Counted from the first letter of the stretch, positions 9,021 through 19,211 are shown. The stretch is DNA of 64,000 nt from Planctomycetota bacterium (GCA_965223545.1 OZ245006.1:5504001-5568000), one strand, 5' to 3'. A program made the numbers and translations. Notes: generated from the letters alone by a model not told the origin.

Positions 9021-10345
9021 GGTCGGGTCGCGGGCGCCGGCGCCTCCGCCGTGCGCGGAACGCTGAAGCGCCAGGCGGTGACGATCGACGCGGCGAGCAT
9101 CGCGGTCAACACCAGGAGCGTGTACGCCGCGTGCGGCGCCCAGCCCGGCGGGTAGTCGAGCGGCACGTTGGGCGCCAGCGCCACGCAGGCGAGGACCACC
9201 GCGGCGAGCTGCCAGCCCCGCGCGAATCCCGCCAGCAGCAGCGCGAGCCACAGCGATGAGATGACTCCGTACACCCACGGCACGAACGGGCTCTGCAGCT
9301 GCGCCACCGTCAGCAGCGCGAGCCATAGGCAGGCTTGTCGCAGCCGGTCACCGTCGTCGCGCGGCGGCGCCGACCGGCGCAGCCCGATCCAGAGCACGAA
9401 GATACCGATCAACACGGTGTAGATGCGGCCGACGAGGCTTGCCCACGCCGGCGCCCGGTCGAAGCCCATCAGCTGCAGCTTGTGCATCACGTCGACGGCC
9501 GACATGTTGGCGACGCGCGGGCGCGCGCATTCGCCGAGGCGTGCAAAGGCGTCGCCGCTGGCCAGCCGTGGCACGTGGTACTCGAAGAAGGCGACCAGCG
9601 GCTGGACCCCGAGCACCACCGCGGTCAGCGCCGTGTACGCGAGCATCGCCCCGACCGTGTACGCCACCGGCCGCCAGCGGCGCTGCAAAAAGAGGTAGCC
9701 GAGCAAGACGATCGGCCAGATCTTCATCAGGATGGCGAAGCCGAGGCACGCCGCGCCGAGCACGTTGCGGCCGCTCTGCATGCCGAGCATGCCCAGCATG
9801 GCCAGGGCGAGCACCGCGGCGTGTACGTTGCCGATCTGCATCGAGAGATGCATGGTCGGCACGCAGAACAGGGCGGGAAACCACAACAGCTGCGGCCGGT
9901 CGCGCAGCGCGCCGCACCAGACCGCGACGCAGCCGGCGGCCAGCAACACCAGCAGCACGCTGAACACGTACCATGCCGCCCGCACATGGAAGAAGTCGCC
10001 GAACAGCCACACGAACGCGTGCGGCAGCAGCAAGAACTGCGGTGGATACAGGTAGCGGTCCATGCCGAACACCCCGCGCACCGCCTCGTGGGTCGAGGTC
10101 GGCGCGCCGCCGCCCTCGTAGTGCGCCACGTCCCAGGGGTTCTCCGCCCCGGCGGCCGCCAGCTGGGCCGCCGCCACGTATGCCGTCAAGCAGTTGTGAT
10201 CGGTGCCGAACCCGCCGCGCTCGGCGATGAACCGCTGATCGTGCACGTCGAACGCGAACGTCCCGGTCGCCACGATCCACCCCGCGCCGACCAGCGCCAA
10301 CACCACGCCCGAAACCCAAAACGCCGAGCGAAACGAACCGTACAC
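9017..10345 (-). CDS. Glycosyltransferase family 87 (DUF2029, GT-C) membrane protein
   Basis: Polytopic. YLYPPQFLL, QIGNVHA, LMKIWPIVLL motifs typical of GT87. Confidence 0.8.
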   Translation of the reverse strand: MYGSFRSAFWVSGVVLALVGAGWIVATGTFAFDVHDQRFIAERGGFGTDHNCLTAYVAAAQLAAAGAENPWDVAHYEGGGAPTSTHEAVRGVFGMDRYLYPPQFLLLPHAFVWLFGDFFHVRAAWYVFSVLLVLLAAGCVAVWCGALRDRPQLLWFPALFCVPTMHLSMQIGNVHAAVLALAMLGMLGMQSGRNVLGAACLGFAILMKIWPIVLLGYLFLQRRWRPVAYTVGAMLAYTALTAVVLGVQPLVAFFEYHVPRLASGDAFARLGECARPRVANMSAVDVMHKLQLMGFDRAPAWASLVGRIYTVLIGIFVLWIGLRRSAPPRDDGDRLRQACLWLALLTVAQLQSPFVPWVYGVISSLWLALLLAGFARGWQLAAVVLACVALAPNVPLDYPPGWAPHAAYTLLVLTAMLAASIVTAWRFSVPRTAEAPAPATRP

Positions 10346-10354
10346 CCAAGGAAG

Positions 10355-10371
10355 AGTACCGAGTCAGGCTC
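10355..10371. repeat. REP-like element copy
   Basis: AGTACCGAGTCAGGCTC, intergenic, similar to copies at 4045, 19018 and 25286. Confidence 0.6.
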
Positions 10372-10398
10372 GATCTTCCCACTTCGCGATCCCGGCCC

Positions 10399-13158
10399 TC
10401 ACCGCTTCGCGGCGTCGACGCGCAGCTGCAATCCGCGCGCGCCATTTGGGGTCGCGACCTCGACCGTGGCCGGCAGCACGGCGTACTCGACGCCCCGGGC
10501 GAACACCTCGACGGCGTAGGTCCCTGTCGGCACGTCTTCGAAGCGGAAGGTCCCGCTCGCGTCGAGAGGTTGAATGTGAAAGCGATCCGCGTTGTGGAAG
10601 CCCAGGCGCGCGCCGGCCGGAGCGCCGATCGCTCGGCCGGAAACGATCGACCGCGGCTGCGCCGCTACGATCAGCGGGTCGCCCGCCGGCACCTCGACGC
10701 CCCGGGCCTCGGCGCGGTGGTCGGCGCTGGTCGCCGTGATCGCGTAGGTCCCGTGCGGCAGCGTCAGCTCGAAACGACCCTCAACATCGAGGATGCCGCG
10801 TACCTCGGTGGTACCACCCGCCAACGAGGCGACGGCGCGCACTTCTCCGCGACCGATTCCGGCGCGACCACCGGCACGCACCTCTCCCCGCACGGTCCCG
10901 ACCGGCCAGTCGAGCTGCAACGAAGTCGCTTCCGCCGCCGCGCATTGCACCGTGCCCCGCCACCAGATCGTCTCGCCCTCGACCAGGCGCAGCCGGTGCT
11001 CGCCCGGCGCGATCGCGGCGACCGCAAAGCGACCCAACGCGTCGGTGCGCGCCAGCTCGTCGGTGCTGCCGATCCAATCCTCCCGTTCGCGCAGCACGGC
11101 GACCCCGGCGCGCGGCTTGCCACCGACGTTCAGCTGGCCCAGCAACCGCGCGGCGGCCACTCCCGGCGGTGGCGCGGTGCGATCGAGGTCGAGCGTGACT
11201 TCGGCGGTCTCGGCGCGCGCCACGGTGACCGTCGTCGACGCGGCGTCGGGGGCCAAGAGGCTCTCGAACACCGCCCGGCGCAGATGGTCGATCCACGCCG
11301 ACACCGACGTCAACACCGCTTCCCGGCGCACGGCGACGATGCGATAGGAGCCCGGCGTCAGCCCGGTGGCGCGGAACCGGCCGTCGCGGTCGAGCGCCAC
11401 CTGCGCGGTGCGCCACGGCATGCCGGAGCCCGGCCGCGGATCGGTGCGCTCGAGGCGCATCATCCAGTGCTCGGGCGGCGCCGGCTTGCCGCGCTCGGTG
11501 AGCGTGCCGCGCACCGTTGCTGTCCCCGGCAGCTGGACTTCGACCGGCGCGCCGGCGGGCGTCGTGACGACGACGCTGGCTTGGCCGTGCCGGCCGTGCT
11601 CGACGGCGACGTGCACTGTGCCCCGCGCCATCCCGTCGACTCGCAGCCGGCCATCGGCGCCGGTCCGACCGACCAGGGACGGCAGTCGCGACCAGCGCGG
11701 CAACCCGTACGAGCTGGGGAGGATCGCGTGTGTCCACGGCGCTGTGGGCTCGCTGTCGGCGAACACGCGCGCGCCGGCCACTGGCGCCCCGCCCGCGCCG
11801 ACGACGGCGACGTCGAATGCGCTGGCCGCCGCCAGCGCGACGGTCGGTGGCGACGCGGTGGGGTGCTGGACACGGACGAGCGTGTGCGCGTAGCCCTCGA
11901 CGCGGACGTCGATCGTGTAGATGCCCGGTTCCAAGGAGCCGAGCGCGACGAGGTCGCCGTCGACCGAGGCCACTCGCGGCGCCAGCACCGCCTGCAGCCC
12001 GGCCCGGTCGAATTCGCCCAGCGGCGGGCCGACGCGCAGGCGCGCTTCGATCGACGCCAGTGCGTCCGCATCGGGCGTGGGCTCGCCCATGACGCGCAGC
12101 ACGAGGGGCGGGGTTGGCGGCAGCGCGACGCGCACGTGCTCGCCACTGTCGAACGGACCCCGGCACACCCACCGATGCGCAGGGCTGCGGCGCGCGGCGA
12201 CCAGCACGTCGCCATCCGGGAGCCCTTCGGCGACGAAACCGCCGCGGACGTCGGTGTGCACGGTGGCGGCACACAACGCCACGCCGAAGAACGGTCGGCG
12301 CCCGAGCGGCGCCAGCCGCACCTCGGCGCCCGGCACCGGCGCACCGGTCGGGTCGATGACGACCCCGGCGGTGACCACGCCGGCATCGACCCGCAGGTCG
12401 CCCAGCGCCCGTGTCCGCCCCGGCGCGACGGTCGTCTGCCGCGCGGTCGGCGCGGCCCCGGCGACCTGCACGCACACCAGGTTGGGCCCCGGCTCGACGC
12501 CCACCAGCTCGAACTCGCCGGCCGCGTCGGCCACCGTCGTCGGCAGCGGCAGCAGGCGCAGGACGGTCTCGGCCCAGCCGGGATCCTCGAGCACGTGCAG
12601 CGCGAGGTCCGGCGATTCGGCGTCCAAGGTCTCCGTGAACAGCCGGCCGAGGTGGCTGCGCAGGCGGCGGGCGAACGCGGCGTCCGCCTCGTCGGGAGCC
12701 GGTTCCGGCAGCGCGATCAAGGCGCCACGCTCGGTCGAGAGGCGCTCGATCGGCAAGAGCGCGCGCAGTGCGCCGAGCCCGTCGCCGCAGGTCACCCTCG
12801 CCCCGGCCGCCGGTCGACCGTCGGCCAACAGAACGCGGCCGCGGATCGCGCCCTTGCGCGCCAGCACGATGTCGCCGACGTCCGTGGTCTCGCCGGCGAC
12901 GAGAGTGTGCGCCAGCAGGTGCAGGCCGTCGTTGGCGGTGCCGCGGGCGAGCCGCAGCGCGCACCGCGAGCGCGGCGGTGTCGCGGTGAACACGAAGCGG
13001 CCGTCGCGACCGGTCGTCGTCGCCAACGTGGTGACGTCGATGCCGTCGCCGTCGCGGCCGGCGAACAGCGACAGTGGATCGATGCCGAGCAGCTCGACGT
13101 CGAGGTCGGCCACTGGGGTGAGCCGCGGTCCGAGGACTCGTCCGCGGATCACGGCCAT
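10399..13158 (-). CDS. Carboxypeptidase-regulatory-like (beta-sandwich) repeat protein, probably the C-terminal part of a frameshifted ECF fusion
   Basis: Repeated IRGRV...G.P.AGA.V...TD..G.F....L.PG units. Joins 13149..13805 if one base is added to the G5 run at 13174-13178. Confidence 0.75.
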   Translation of the reverse strand: MAVIRGRVLGPRLTPVADLDVELLGIDPLSLFAGRDGDGIDVTTLATTTGRDGRFVFTATPPRSRCALRLARGTANDGLHLLAHTLVAGETTDVGDIVLARKGAIRGRVLLADGRPAAGARVTCGDGLGALRALLPIERLSTERGALIALPEPAPDEADAAFARRLRSHLGRLFTETLDAESPDLALHVLEDPGWAETVLRLLPLPTTVADAAGEFELVGVEPGPNLVCVQVAGAAPTARQTTVAPGRTRALGDLRVDAGVVTAGVVIDPTGAPVPGAEVRLAPLGRRPFFGVALCAATVHTDVRGGFVAEGLPDGDVLVAARRSPAHRWVCRGPFDSGEHVRVALPPTPPLVLRVMGEPTPDADALASIEARLRVGPPLGEFDRAGLQAVLAPRVASVDGDLVALGSLEPGIYTIDVRVEGYAHTLVRVQHPTASPPTVALAAASAFDVAVVGAGGAPVAGARVFADSEPTAPWTHAILPSSYGLPRWSRLPSLVGRTGADGRLRVDGMARGTVHVAVEHGRHGQASVVVTTPAGAPVEVQLPGTATVRGTLTERGKPAPPEHWMMRLERTDPRPGSGMPWRTAQVALDRDGRFRATGLTPGSYRIVAVRREAVLTSVSAWIDHLRRAVFESLLAPDAASTTVTVARAETAEVTLDLDRTAPPPGVAAARLLGQLNVGGKPRAGVAVLREREDWIGSTDELARTDALGRFAVAAIAPGEHRLRLVEGETIWWRGTVQCAAAEATSLQLDWPVGTVRGEVRAGGRAGIGRGEVRAVASLAGGTTEVRGILDVEGRFELTLPHGTYAITATSADHRAEARGVEVPAGDPLIVAAQPRSIVSGRAIGAPAGARLGFHNADRFHIQPLDASGTFRFEDVPTGTYAVEVFARGVEYAVLPATVEVATPNGARGLQLRVDAAKR

Positions 13159-13805
13159 CGGAGGCTCCGCGGTGGGGGAAGGGCTGCCCGCGCGGTCCGC
13201 GCCGCCGCCGCCGTCGCGTGCGCCGCTGCCGGTGCATCGTTCGCCGCGGGTTCGGCCGCGCGCGGCGCCGCGGGTGGCCCGGCGAGCTCGGTAGTGCTGG
13301 GCGGCGCCGTGTTCGCGGGCATCACTTGCCACAACGCGAGCCACACGCCGGCAATCAGCGCGACCGCCAGGCACGCCTTGCCAGCCACGGCGGCGGCACC
13401 GTCGGCCGACGCCAGCCGCAGTCGGCCCGGTGGCGCCGCGCCCGGCCCCGGCAGCGCCAACCCGATGAGCGCCATGCTCCACCGCTGCCGGTCGCCACCG
13501 TGCCGTTGGTCGAGCGCCGTGCGCAGCTGCTCCAGTCCGCGCCGCAGCCGGGTGCGCACCGTCGCTCCCGGCACCGCGAGGCGGCGGCCGATCTCGCTCG
13601 GCGACACGTTCTCGAAGTAGCGCAGCACCACGGTCGTGCGATACGGCTCGGGCAGTCCCTTCAGTACCTCGATGACCGCGTGGCGGGCGTCTTCGCGCGC
13701 CAGGGCCTCGTCGACCGCTTCGCCGACCGGTGGCTTGCCCGCCGCCAGCAGCGCGCGTTCGCGCGCGCGCCGGCGCCCCGCGGTGCGACGCTCGTTGCGC
13801 GCCAA
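13149..13805 (-). pseudogene. N-terminally truncated ECF sigma factor (region 4 plus TM helix)
   Basis: LKGLPEPYRTTVVLRYFENVSPSEIGRRLAVPGATVRTRLRRGLEQLR is sigma region 4. TM segment CLAVALIAGVWLALW. No region 2 found upstream. Start uncertain. Confidence 0.65.
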
Positions 13806-13934
13806 CGCGCCGGCGGCACTCGGTGCCCGCGCGGCGCGGGCGCCGATCCGAATAGAATGGGCGCAGCCAGAATCCTTGGCCAGCGCCCCCGTAGGGCGCG
13901 ACAGCTTGCTGGCCTCGCCGGCCACTTCCCGCAG

Positions 13935-14762
13935 ATGCCCCGATATCGAGTCCTGGTTCCCGCCGCAGCCCTCGCCGCCGCCGCGGGTCTGTGGTGGCGG
14001 GCGGAGGCGCCACCGCCGTCGCCCGCAGGCGCGGTCGCTCCCGGCGAGGGCCAGGCTGCGGTCGCTCCCGGCAGCCGAGCGCTCGCCGAGGCTCGGCTCG
14101 CCTACCAGCTCGACGCGGTCTCGGCGTTCGTCGAAGACCAGCGTCGGCGAACGCTCGACGAGCCGGGGCCCGAGCAGCAGCGCGTGCTCGCCGAGGCCCT
14201 GCTGGAGCGGGTGCTGGCTCGCGATCTGCACAAGGGCATGCGCGTCGGCGCGTTCGTCTCCGAGGCGACCTTCGCCGCCAGCCGTGCGGACATCGAGGAG
14301 GGGCTGCAGCTGGTGCGCGCCGCGCGCGCGGCGGGCGACGACAGCTCGGAGAGCTATCGCATCGAGGCTGGCCTGCTGTCCAGCCAGCTGACCGGGCTTG
14401 GCGCCGTGCTCGCCAACCGCAGCGCAATCCAGGAGGCGCTGGACGCGGCGTTGCAGCGCGACCCGCAAAACCCGCGGGCGCACGTCGCCCTCGGTTGCCG
14501 CAAGCTGCTGGTGCCGGCGTGGCTGGGACAAGACATCGACGGTGCCCTCGAGCACTTCGAGCAGGCGGCGGGCGCGTTGGTCAACGACGAGCGCCCGCAG
14601 GTGTTGGCGGCGTTCGCGCACTACCTCGGCGGCCGGTTGGATCGCTGCCGCGATTGGCTGCGCCGCGCCGCGGCCCGCAACCCACAAAACCGCTTCGTGC
14701 AGGCCGTGCTTGTGCGGCTCGACCGCGGTGACTCGGAGCCCTTCGAGCGCGACTTGCAGTAA
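13935..14762 (+). CDS. Exported or membrane-anchored TPR-like helical protein
   Basis: Hydrophobic N-terminus. ALQRDPQNPRAHVALG and AAARNPQNRF TPR-like turns. A TAGAAT -10-like hexamer lies upstream (~13853). Confidence 0.7.
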   Translation: MPRYRVLVPAAALAAAAGLWWRAEAPPPSPAGAVAPGEGQAAVAPGSRALAEARLAYQLDAVSAFVEDQRRRTLDEPGPEQQRVLAEALLERVLARDLHKGMRVGAFVSEATFAASRADIEEGLQLVRAARAAGDDSSESYRIEAGLLSSQLTGLGAVLANRSAIQEALDAALQRDPQNPRAHVALGCRKLLVPAWLGQDIDGALEHFEQAAGALVNDERPQVLAAFAHYLGGRLDRCRDWLRRAAARNPQNRFVQAVLVRLDRGDSEPFERDLQ

Positions 14763-14769
14763 GCGCGCC

Positions 14770-15735
14770 TCAGCGCCAGCCGGTGCGGGCGATGCGGCGC
14801 AGCTCGCCCGGTAGATCGTCGCCTTCGTAGAACGACAGCCAGCCGATGGCGCGCACCGTGGCGCCGGGCGCGCAGTCCGGCAGCCGGGGGTCGGCGTGCA
14901 TGCAGGGGCACGGTCCGTGGCTCCAGAGCTCGGCGTCGGGCACCCAACCGGTGATCACCCAGCGGTCGCCGCCCGCGGCGCGGCAGGCGGCGAACGGTGG
15001 CAGCAGAGTCTTGTTGGCGTCGGTCTGCGCGGCGAAGTCGGCGGCGTGGCCCAGCAGCGTGCAGCACTGCACGCGGAGGTCGGTCAGCGGCGCATTGCTG
15101 CCGTTGTAGAGCCACAGCTCGAACCGGACCTGCGCGCCGTCGGTGTCGGCCGCGCAGCCGAAACGGACGCCGTCGGGCAGCGCGCGCTCGATGCAGAGGC
15201 CGCCGTCGCCGGTCGGCGCCCACTCGAGCGGCGGCAGCGCCACCCCGGCTTCGCTCCAAACCGTCGGCAGATGCTCGTGCGCCAGATAGATCAGCTTGCC
15301 GTTGGCCCAGATCGCCTCGGGCACGTCGACGACCACGTAGGACTGGGCGTCCCAGGGCGTGAACACGCTGATCTTGGTTTCGCGCTGCGGATCGACGGCG
15401 CCTTCCAAGAAGCCGAGGCGCGGATGGCGGCCGCCCGGGTAGGGCCGCAGATGGATGGCGGTGGGGCGGTCTGCGTCGTCCGTCGGCGGTGCGGCGAGCA
15501 GGCGCTCGGCTTGCGCCAATGGGAGTCCGCTGGCGGCGCGCACCTCGGCCGGCGAGTAGCCGTGCGCGCGCATGTGCTCGAGCCAGACCTCGGCGTCGGC
15601 TGCGTCGGCGAACGGCCGCGCGCCGCGCGGCAGCGGGTCGGCCGATTCCGTCGCCGGGTCCGAGGTCGGTGGATGCGCGCAGGCGGCCGCGAGCGCGGCG
15701 ACGGCGACGAGCGCGGCGAGTGACGAGCGCGTCAC
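14770..15735 (-). CDS. Conserved hypothetical lipoprotein
   Basis: GTG start overlapping the upstream stop. Lipobox LAAAC. Globular body with PYPGGRHPRLGFLEGA, DVPEAIW, YLAHEH, CPCMHADP. Confidence 0.7.
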   Translation of the reverse strand: MTRSSLAALVAVAALAAACAHPPTSDPATESADPLPRGARPFADAADAEVWLEHMRAHGYSPAEVRAASGLPLAQAERLLAAPPTDDADRPTAIHLRPYPGGRHPRLGFLEGAVDPQRETKISVFTPWDAQSYVVVDVPEAIWANGKLIYLAHEHLPTVWSEAGVALPPLEWAPTGDGGLCIERALPDGVRFGCAADTDGAQVRFELWLYNGSNAPLTDLRVQCCTLLGHAADFAAQTDANKTLLPPFAACRAAGGDRWVITGWVPDAELWSHGPCPCMHADPRLPDCAPGATVRAIGWLSFYEGDDLPGELRRIARTGWR

Positions 15736-18700
15736 GGTGCGCGCCGCTCCGCCGCGGCCGGCAGCGCGGTGCCCTCGACCCAAGGGGCGCCCGCGGCCTG
15801 CAGCGCGCGGCCGAGCTCTTGCACCTCGGCGCGGGCGCCATCGAACGCCGCGCGGATCTCGCCGAGCGCTTGTTCGACGATCTCCATGCTGCGCCGGTGC
15901 GTCGTCGTCGGGCCGTAGGTCGAGCGGTCGATGCCGCGGGCCAGGCTCGCCAGCCGGTCGCCGGGCGTGGGCGTGTCGACGGCGCCCGGTTGCTGCCGCG
16001 CGCGGTGGCCGTAGAGCTGGCGGTCGAGCTCCTGCAAGGCGCCGCGCGCCGCGTGCCAGCGCGCATCCAGCGGGCCGGGTGGCGCGCTCGAGTGCTGCAG
16101 TGCGGTGCGCATCCGCTCGATCGTCACCAGCATCTGCGCTAGCTCTTGGCTCAGCGCACCGTGCGTGCGCACCGCCGCTTCGTAGCGGCGCCAAAAGCTG
16201 GCGACGGCATCCGGCGAGGCACCCGGCAGGCTGCCTCCGCGCAGCGGCACGACGTCGAAGGCCTGTGGCGCCGACAGCGGCTCGAGGGCGCTGTCGTGAT
16301 CGCGATACAGGCTGACGGTGTAGGACCCCGGGGCGGCGAGCAGCCCGCGCGGCGGGTCGCCCCACAGTGGCGGCGGTGGTTCGACGCGCAGCAGCGCGTG
16401 CGGTGTCGGCATGCGCAGGTCCCAGGCGATGCGGTGGAAGCCCTTCTCCGCCGGGCCGGGAAGGCGGCGAACGACTTGCCCGTCGGCGTCGCGTACCACC
16501 AGCAGGGTTCGCGGCGGCACCGCCCGCCGCTCGCGTTCGACGGCGTCCCATCCCGGGAACGCAACCGGCTCGCCCTGTGCGCGTGCCGCGGTCTCGCGCT
16601 CCCGGCGGGCTTCGTCCAGCGGCGGCATGTCCTCGCCAAGGTGCACGGTGAACACCGCGCCGAACGGCGGGTTGGGCGCAGCGAAGTGGGACGCACCCTG
16701 GTCGCCGACGCCACTGGCGAAGCCGAGGATCGGCCGGGGCACGTACCACCAAGCGTCGCGCACCGGAAACAGGGTCGCCGCGCGCGCCAGCTGCGCGTCC
16801 GAGACGTGGCGCAGAGGCGTGAGATCGTCCAGCACGAAGATGCCGCGGCCGAAGGAAGCCGCCACCAGATCGTCGTCCCGGCGGTGGATGGCGAGGTCGC
16901 GGAACGCGATCGTCGGCACTCCGCCGCGCAGAGGCGTCCAGCGCGTGCCGCCGTCGACCGTGACGTAGAGGCCGAACTCGGTGGCGGCGAACAGCAGGCC
17001 TGGCGCGACGTGGTCTTGCACCACGCGCCAGACCAGAGTGCGCTCGGGCAGGTCGCCGCGCATCGACTGCCAGCTGCGCCCGCGGTCGCGGCTGCGCACC
17101 AAGTGCGGCGAGAAGTCGCCGCTCTTGTGGTGGTCGAGCGCGACGTAGACGGTGTCGGCGTCGAACAGATCGGCCTTGATGTCGTTGACGAACGCCGCCG
17201 CCGGCACGCCCGGCAGAGTGTCGACGTCGATGGCGCGCCAGTCGGTGCCTCCGTTCTCGCTCACGGACAGCTTGCCGTCGTCGGTGCCGGCGTAGAGCAA
17301 GCCCTCCGCCAGCGGCGATTCCGCGAGCGAGGTGATCGTGCCGAACGCCGACATCGCCGACAGATCCCACGCGTTGTCCCAGCTCTGCGTCCCCCCCATG
17401 ATCGGCTGCGCGATGCGTTCGAGGCCCCGGGTGAGGTCGCCCGACACCGCGGTCCACGAGTCGCCGCGGTCGTCGCTGCGCCAGACGCGCTGCGAGGCGA
17501 AGTAGACCCGCGTCGGCTGGTGTGGGCTGATCAGGATCGGGGCATCCCAGTTGAACCGCTCGGCGCCGGCGCCGGCCTCGGCCTGTGGCTGGATGTCGAC
17601 CACCTCGCCGGTGCGCACGTCGACGCGCGACAGGATGCCCTGCTGCCGTTCGGCGTAAACGATGTCGGGGTTGCCGGGCTCGGTCGCCGGCTGGTGGCCG
17701 TCCCAGTCGAGCACCATGCGCCAATCGGCATTGCGGATGCCGTGCAGGTTGTCGGTGCGCACCGGCCCGCGTTGGGTCGCGTTGTCCTGGGTGCCGCCGT
17801 AGACGTGGTAGAACGGCGCCGTGTCGTCGAGCGCGATCTTGTAGTACTGAGTCAGCGGCAGGTTGGCGAAGTAGCGCCAGTGCGCGCCGTGATCGAAGCT
17901 CTCGTAGAGCCCGCCGTCGGTGCCGATGAGGAGGTAGTCCGGGTCGCTGGCCTTGAACGCGAGCGCGTGGTTGTCCGAGTGCTTGTGCTCTTCGGGCAGT
18001 CGCGTGAAGGTCCGGCCACCGTCGTCCGAGACCTGCATGCGCACGTCCGCGAGATAGATCCTGTCGAACCGGTGCGGCGACGCGTACAGCTCTTGGTAGT
18101 AGTGCGGGCCGGTGCCGCCGGAGACGACATCGGAGCGCTTCTCCCAGGTCGCGCCGCGGTCGGTCGAGCGGAAGACCCCGCCGGTGCGCCGCTCGAGCTC
18201 GATCGCGGCATAGACGACGTCCGGCTGCTGCGGCGATAGCGCCAGGCCGATCTTGCCCATCGGCGTCTCCGGCAAGCCGGTGGTCAGAGGTTGCCAGGTG
18301 ATCCCGCCGTCGTCGCTGCGGTGCAGGCCCGAGCCCTCACCGCCGCCGAGATACGCCGCGACCGTGCGGTGCCGCTGCCAGGTCGCCGCGTACAGCCGGT
18401 CGGGATCGCGCGGGTCGAGCGCGAGATCGGTCGCGCCCACCCACTGATCGTCGCCCAGCGTGCGGGCCCAAGACACGCCCCCGTCGGTGCTGCGGTAGAC
18501 GCCCCGCTCGCCGCCCGGAGTCCACAGCGGCCCCTGCGCCGCCACCCAGATCGTGTCCGAGTCGGTTGGATGGACGATGATCTCGGCGATGTGCTGCGAG
18601 TCGGGCAAGCCCATCGCCTGCCAGTGCGCCCCACCGTCGTCGCTGCGATACACGCCGTCGCCGAAGCCGACGTGGCGGCCGCCGACGTTCTCGCCGGTGC

Positions 18701-19004
18701 CGACCCAGACCACGTTCGGCTGGCTGGGATCGATCGTCACACAGCCGATCGAGTAGCTCGGTTGTTCGTCGAACACCGGCGCGAAGGTGACGCCGGCGTT
18801 GGTGGTCTTCCACACCCCGCCGGAGCCGGCGGCGACGTACCAAGTGGCTTCGTCTTCGGGATGGATCGCGATGTCCGCGATCCGACCCGACATGAACGCC
18901 GGTCCCAAAGCGCGCAGCCGGAGGCCGGCGAACGTGTCCGATTCTTGCGCCGGGATGGCGCCGGCCGAAAGGAGGAGCAGAGACAGGATGCGTGGTCGTC
19001 GCAT
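15732..19004 (-). CDS. Exported BNR/Asp-box (VPS10/sortilin-like) beta-propeller protein, putative glycosyl hydrolase
   Basis: Signal peptide IPA-Q. LGPAFMSGRIADI, many SxDGGxTW Asp-boxes, GGTQDN, RFNWDAP, C-terminal helical tail. Confidence 0.9.
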   Translation of the reverse strand: MRRPRILSLLLLSAGAIPAQESDTFAGLRLRALGPAFMSGRIADIAIHPEDEATWYVAAGSGGVWKTTNAGVTFAPVFDEQPSYSIGCVTIDPSQPNVVWVGTGENVGGRHVGFGDGVYRSDDGGAHWQAMGLPDSQHIAEIIVHPTDSDTIWVAAQGPLWTPGGERGVYRSTDGGVSWARTLGDDQWVGATDLALDPRDPDRLYAATWQRHRTVAAYLGGGEGSGLHRSDDGGITWQPLTTGLPETPMGKIGLALSPQQPDVVYAAIELERRTGGVFRSTDRGATWEKRSDVVSGGTGPHYYQELYASPHRFDRIYLADVRMQVSDDGGRTFTRLPEEHKHSDNHALAFKASDPDYLLIGTDGGLYESFDHGAHWRYFANLPLTQYYKIALDDTAPFYHVYGGTQDNATQRGPVRTDNLHGIRNADWRMVLDWDGHQPATEPGNPDIVYAERQQGILSRVDVRTGEVVDIQPQAEAGAGAERFNWDAPILISPHQPTRVYFASQRVWRSDDRGDSWTAVSGDLTRGLERIAQPIMGGTQSWDNAWDLSAMSAFGTITSLAESPLAEGLLYAGTDDGKLSVSENGGTDWRAIDVDTLPGVPAAAFVNDIKADLFDADTVYVALDHHKSGDFSPHLVRSRDRGRSWQSMRGDLPERTLVWRVVQDHVAPGLLFAATEFGLYVTVDGGTRWTPLRGGVPTIAFRDLAIHRRDDDLVAASFGRGIFVLDDLTPLRHVSDAQLARAATLFPVRDAWWYVPRPILGFASGVGDQGASHFAAPNPPFGAVFTVHLGEDMPPLDEARRERETAARAQGEPVAFPGWDAVERERRAVPPRTLLVVRDADGQVVRRLPGPAEKGFHRIAWDLRMPTPHALLRVEPPPPLWGDPPRGLLAAPGSYTVSLYRDHDSALEPLSAPQAFDVVPLRGGSLPGASPDAVASFWRRYEAAVRTHGALSQELAQMLVTIERMRTALQHSSAPPGPLDARWHAARGALQELDRQLYGHRARQQPGAVDTPTPGDRLASLARGIDRSTYGPTTTHRRSMEIVEQALGEIRAAFDGARAEVQELGRALQAAGAPWVEGTALPAAAERRAP

Positions 19005-19017
19005 GGTCGATCGCGAT

Positions 19018-19035
19018 AGTACGGAGCCAGGCTCC
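19018..19035. repeat. REP-like element copy
   Basis: AGTAC-GGAGCC-A-GGCTCC, perfect palindrome after GTAC. Confidence 0.65.
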
Positions 19036-19057
19036 ATTTCATCACCCCCGACCGCAC

Positions 19058-19211
19058 CCCGCCGCAGCGCGGCCACCCTGGTCGAGAGTGCCGTTGAAGC
19101 CGACGAACACCGGCGAGTTGGCGTAGCTGAGCGTCAGCGCCGAGAAGGTGTCGAGGTTGACCGGCACGTACAGGCCGTTGGGGAGGTGTTGGGGAGGGGC
19201 GTGCCTGGTGA
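19058..19211 (-). pseudogene. Orphan fragment duplicating the C-terminal domain coding region of 20742..23075
   Basis: High nucleotide similarity to 20857-20999 (offset 1799), with an extra tandem GTTGGGGAGG insertion near 19187. Confidence 0.85.

Noticed and set aside
13149..13190. Programmed frameshifting at this and the other frame breaks
   Set aside because: No X XXY YYZ slippery heptamer. Homopolymer indel error or decay is simpler.
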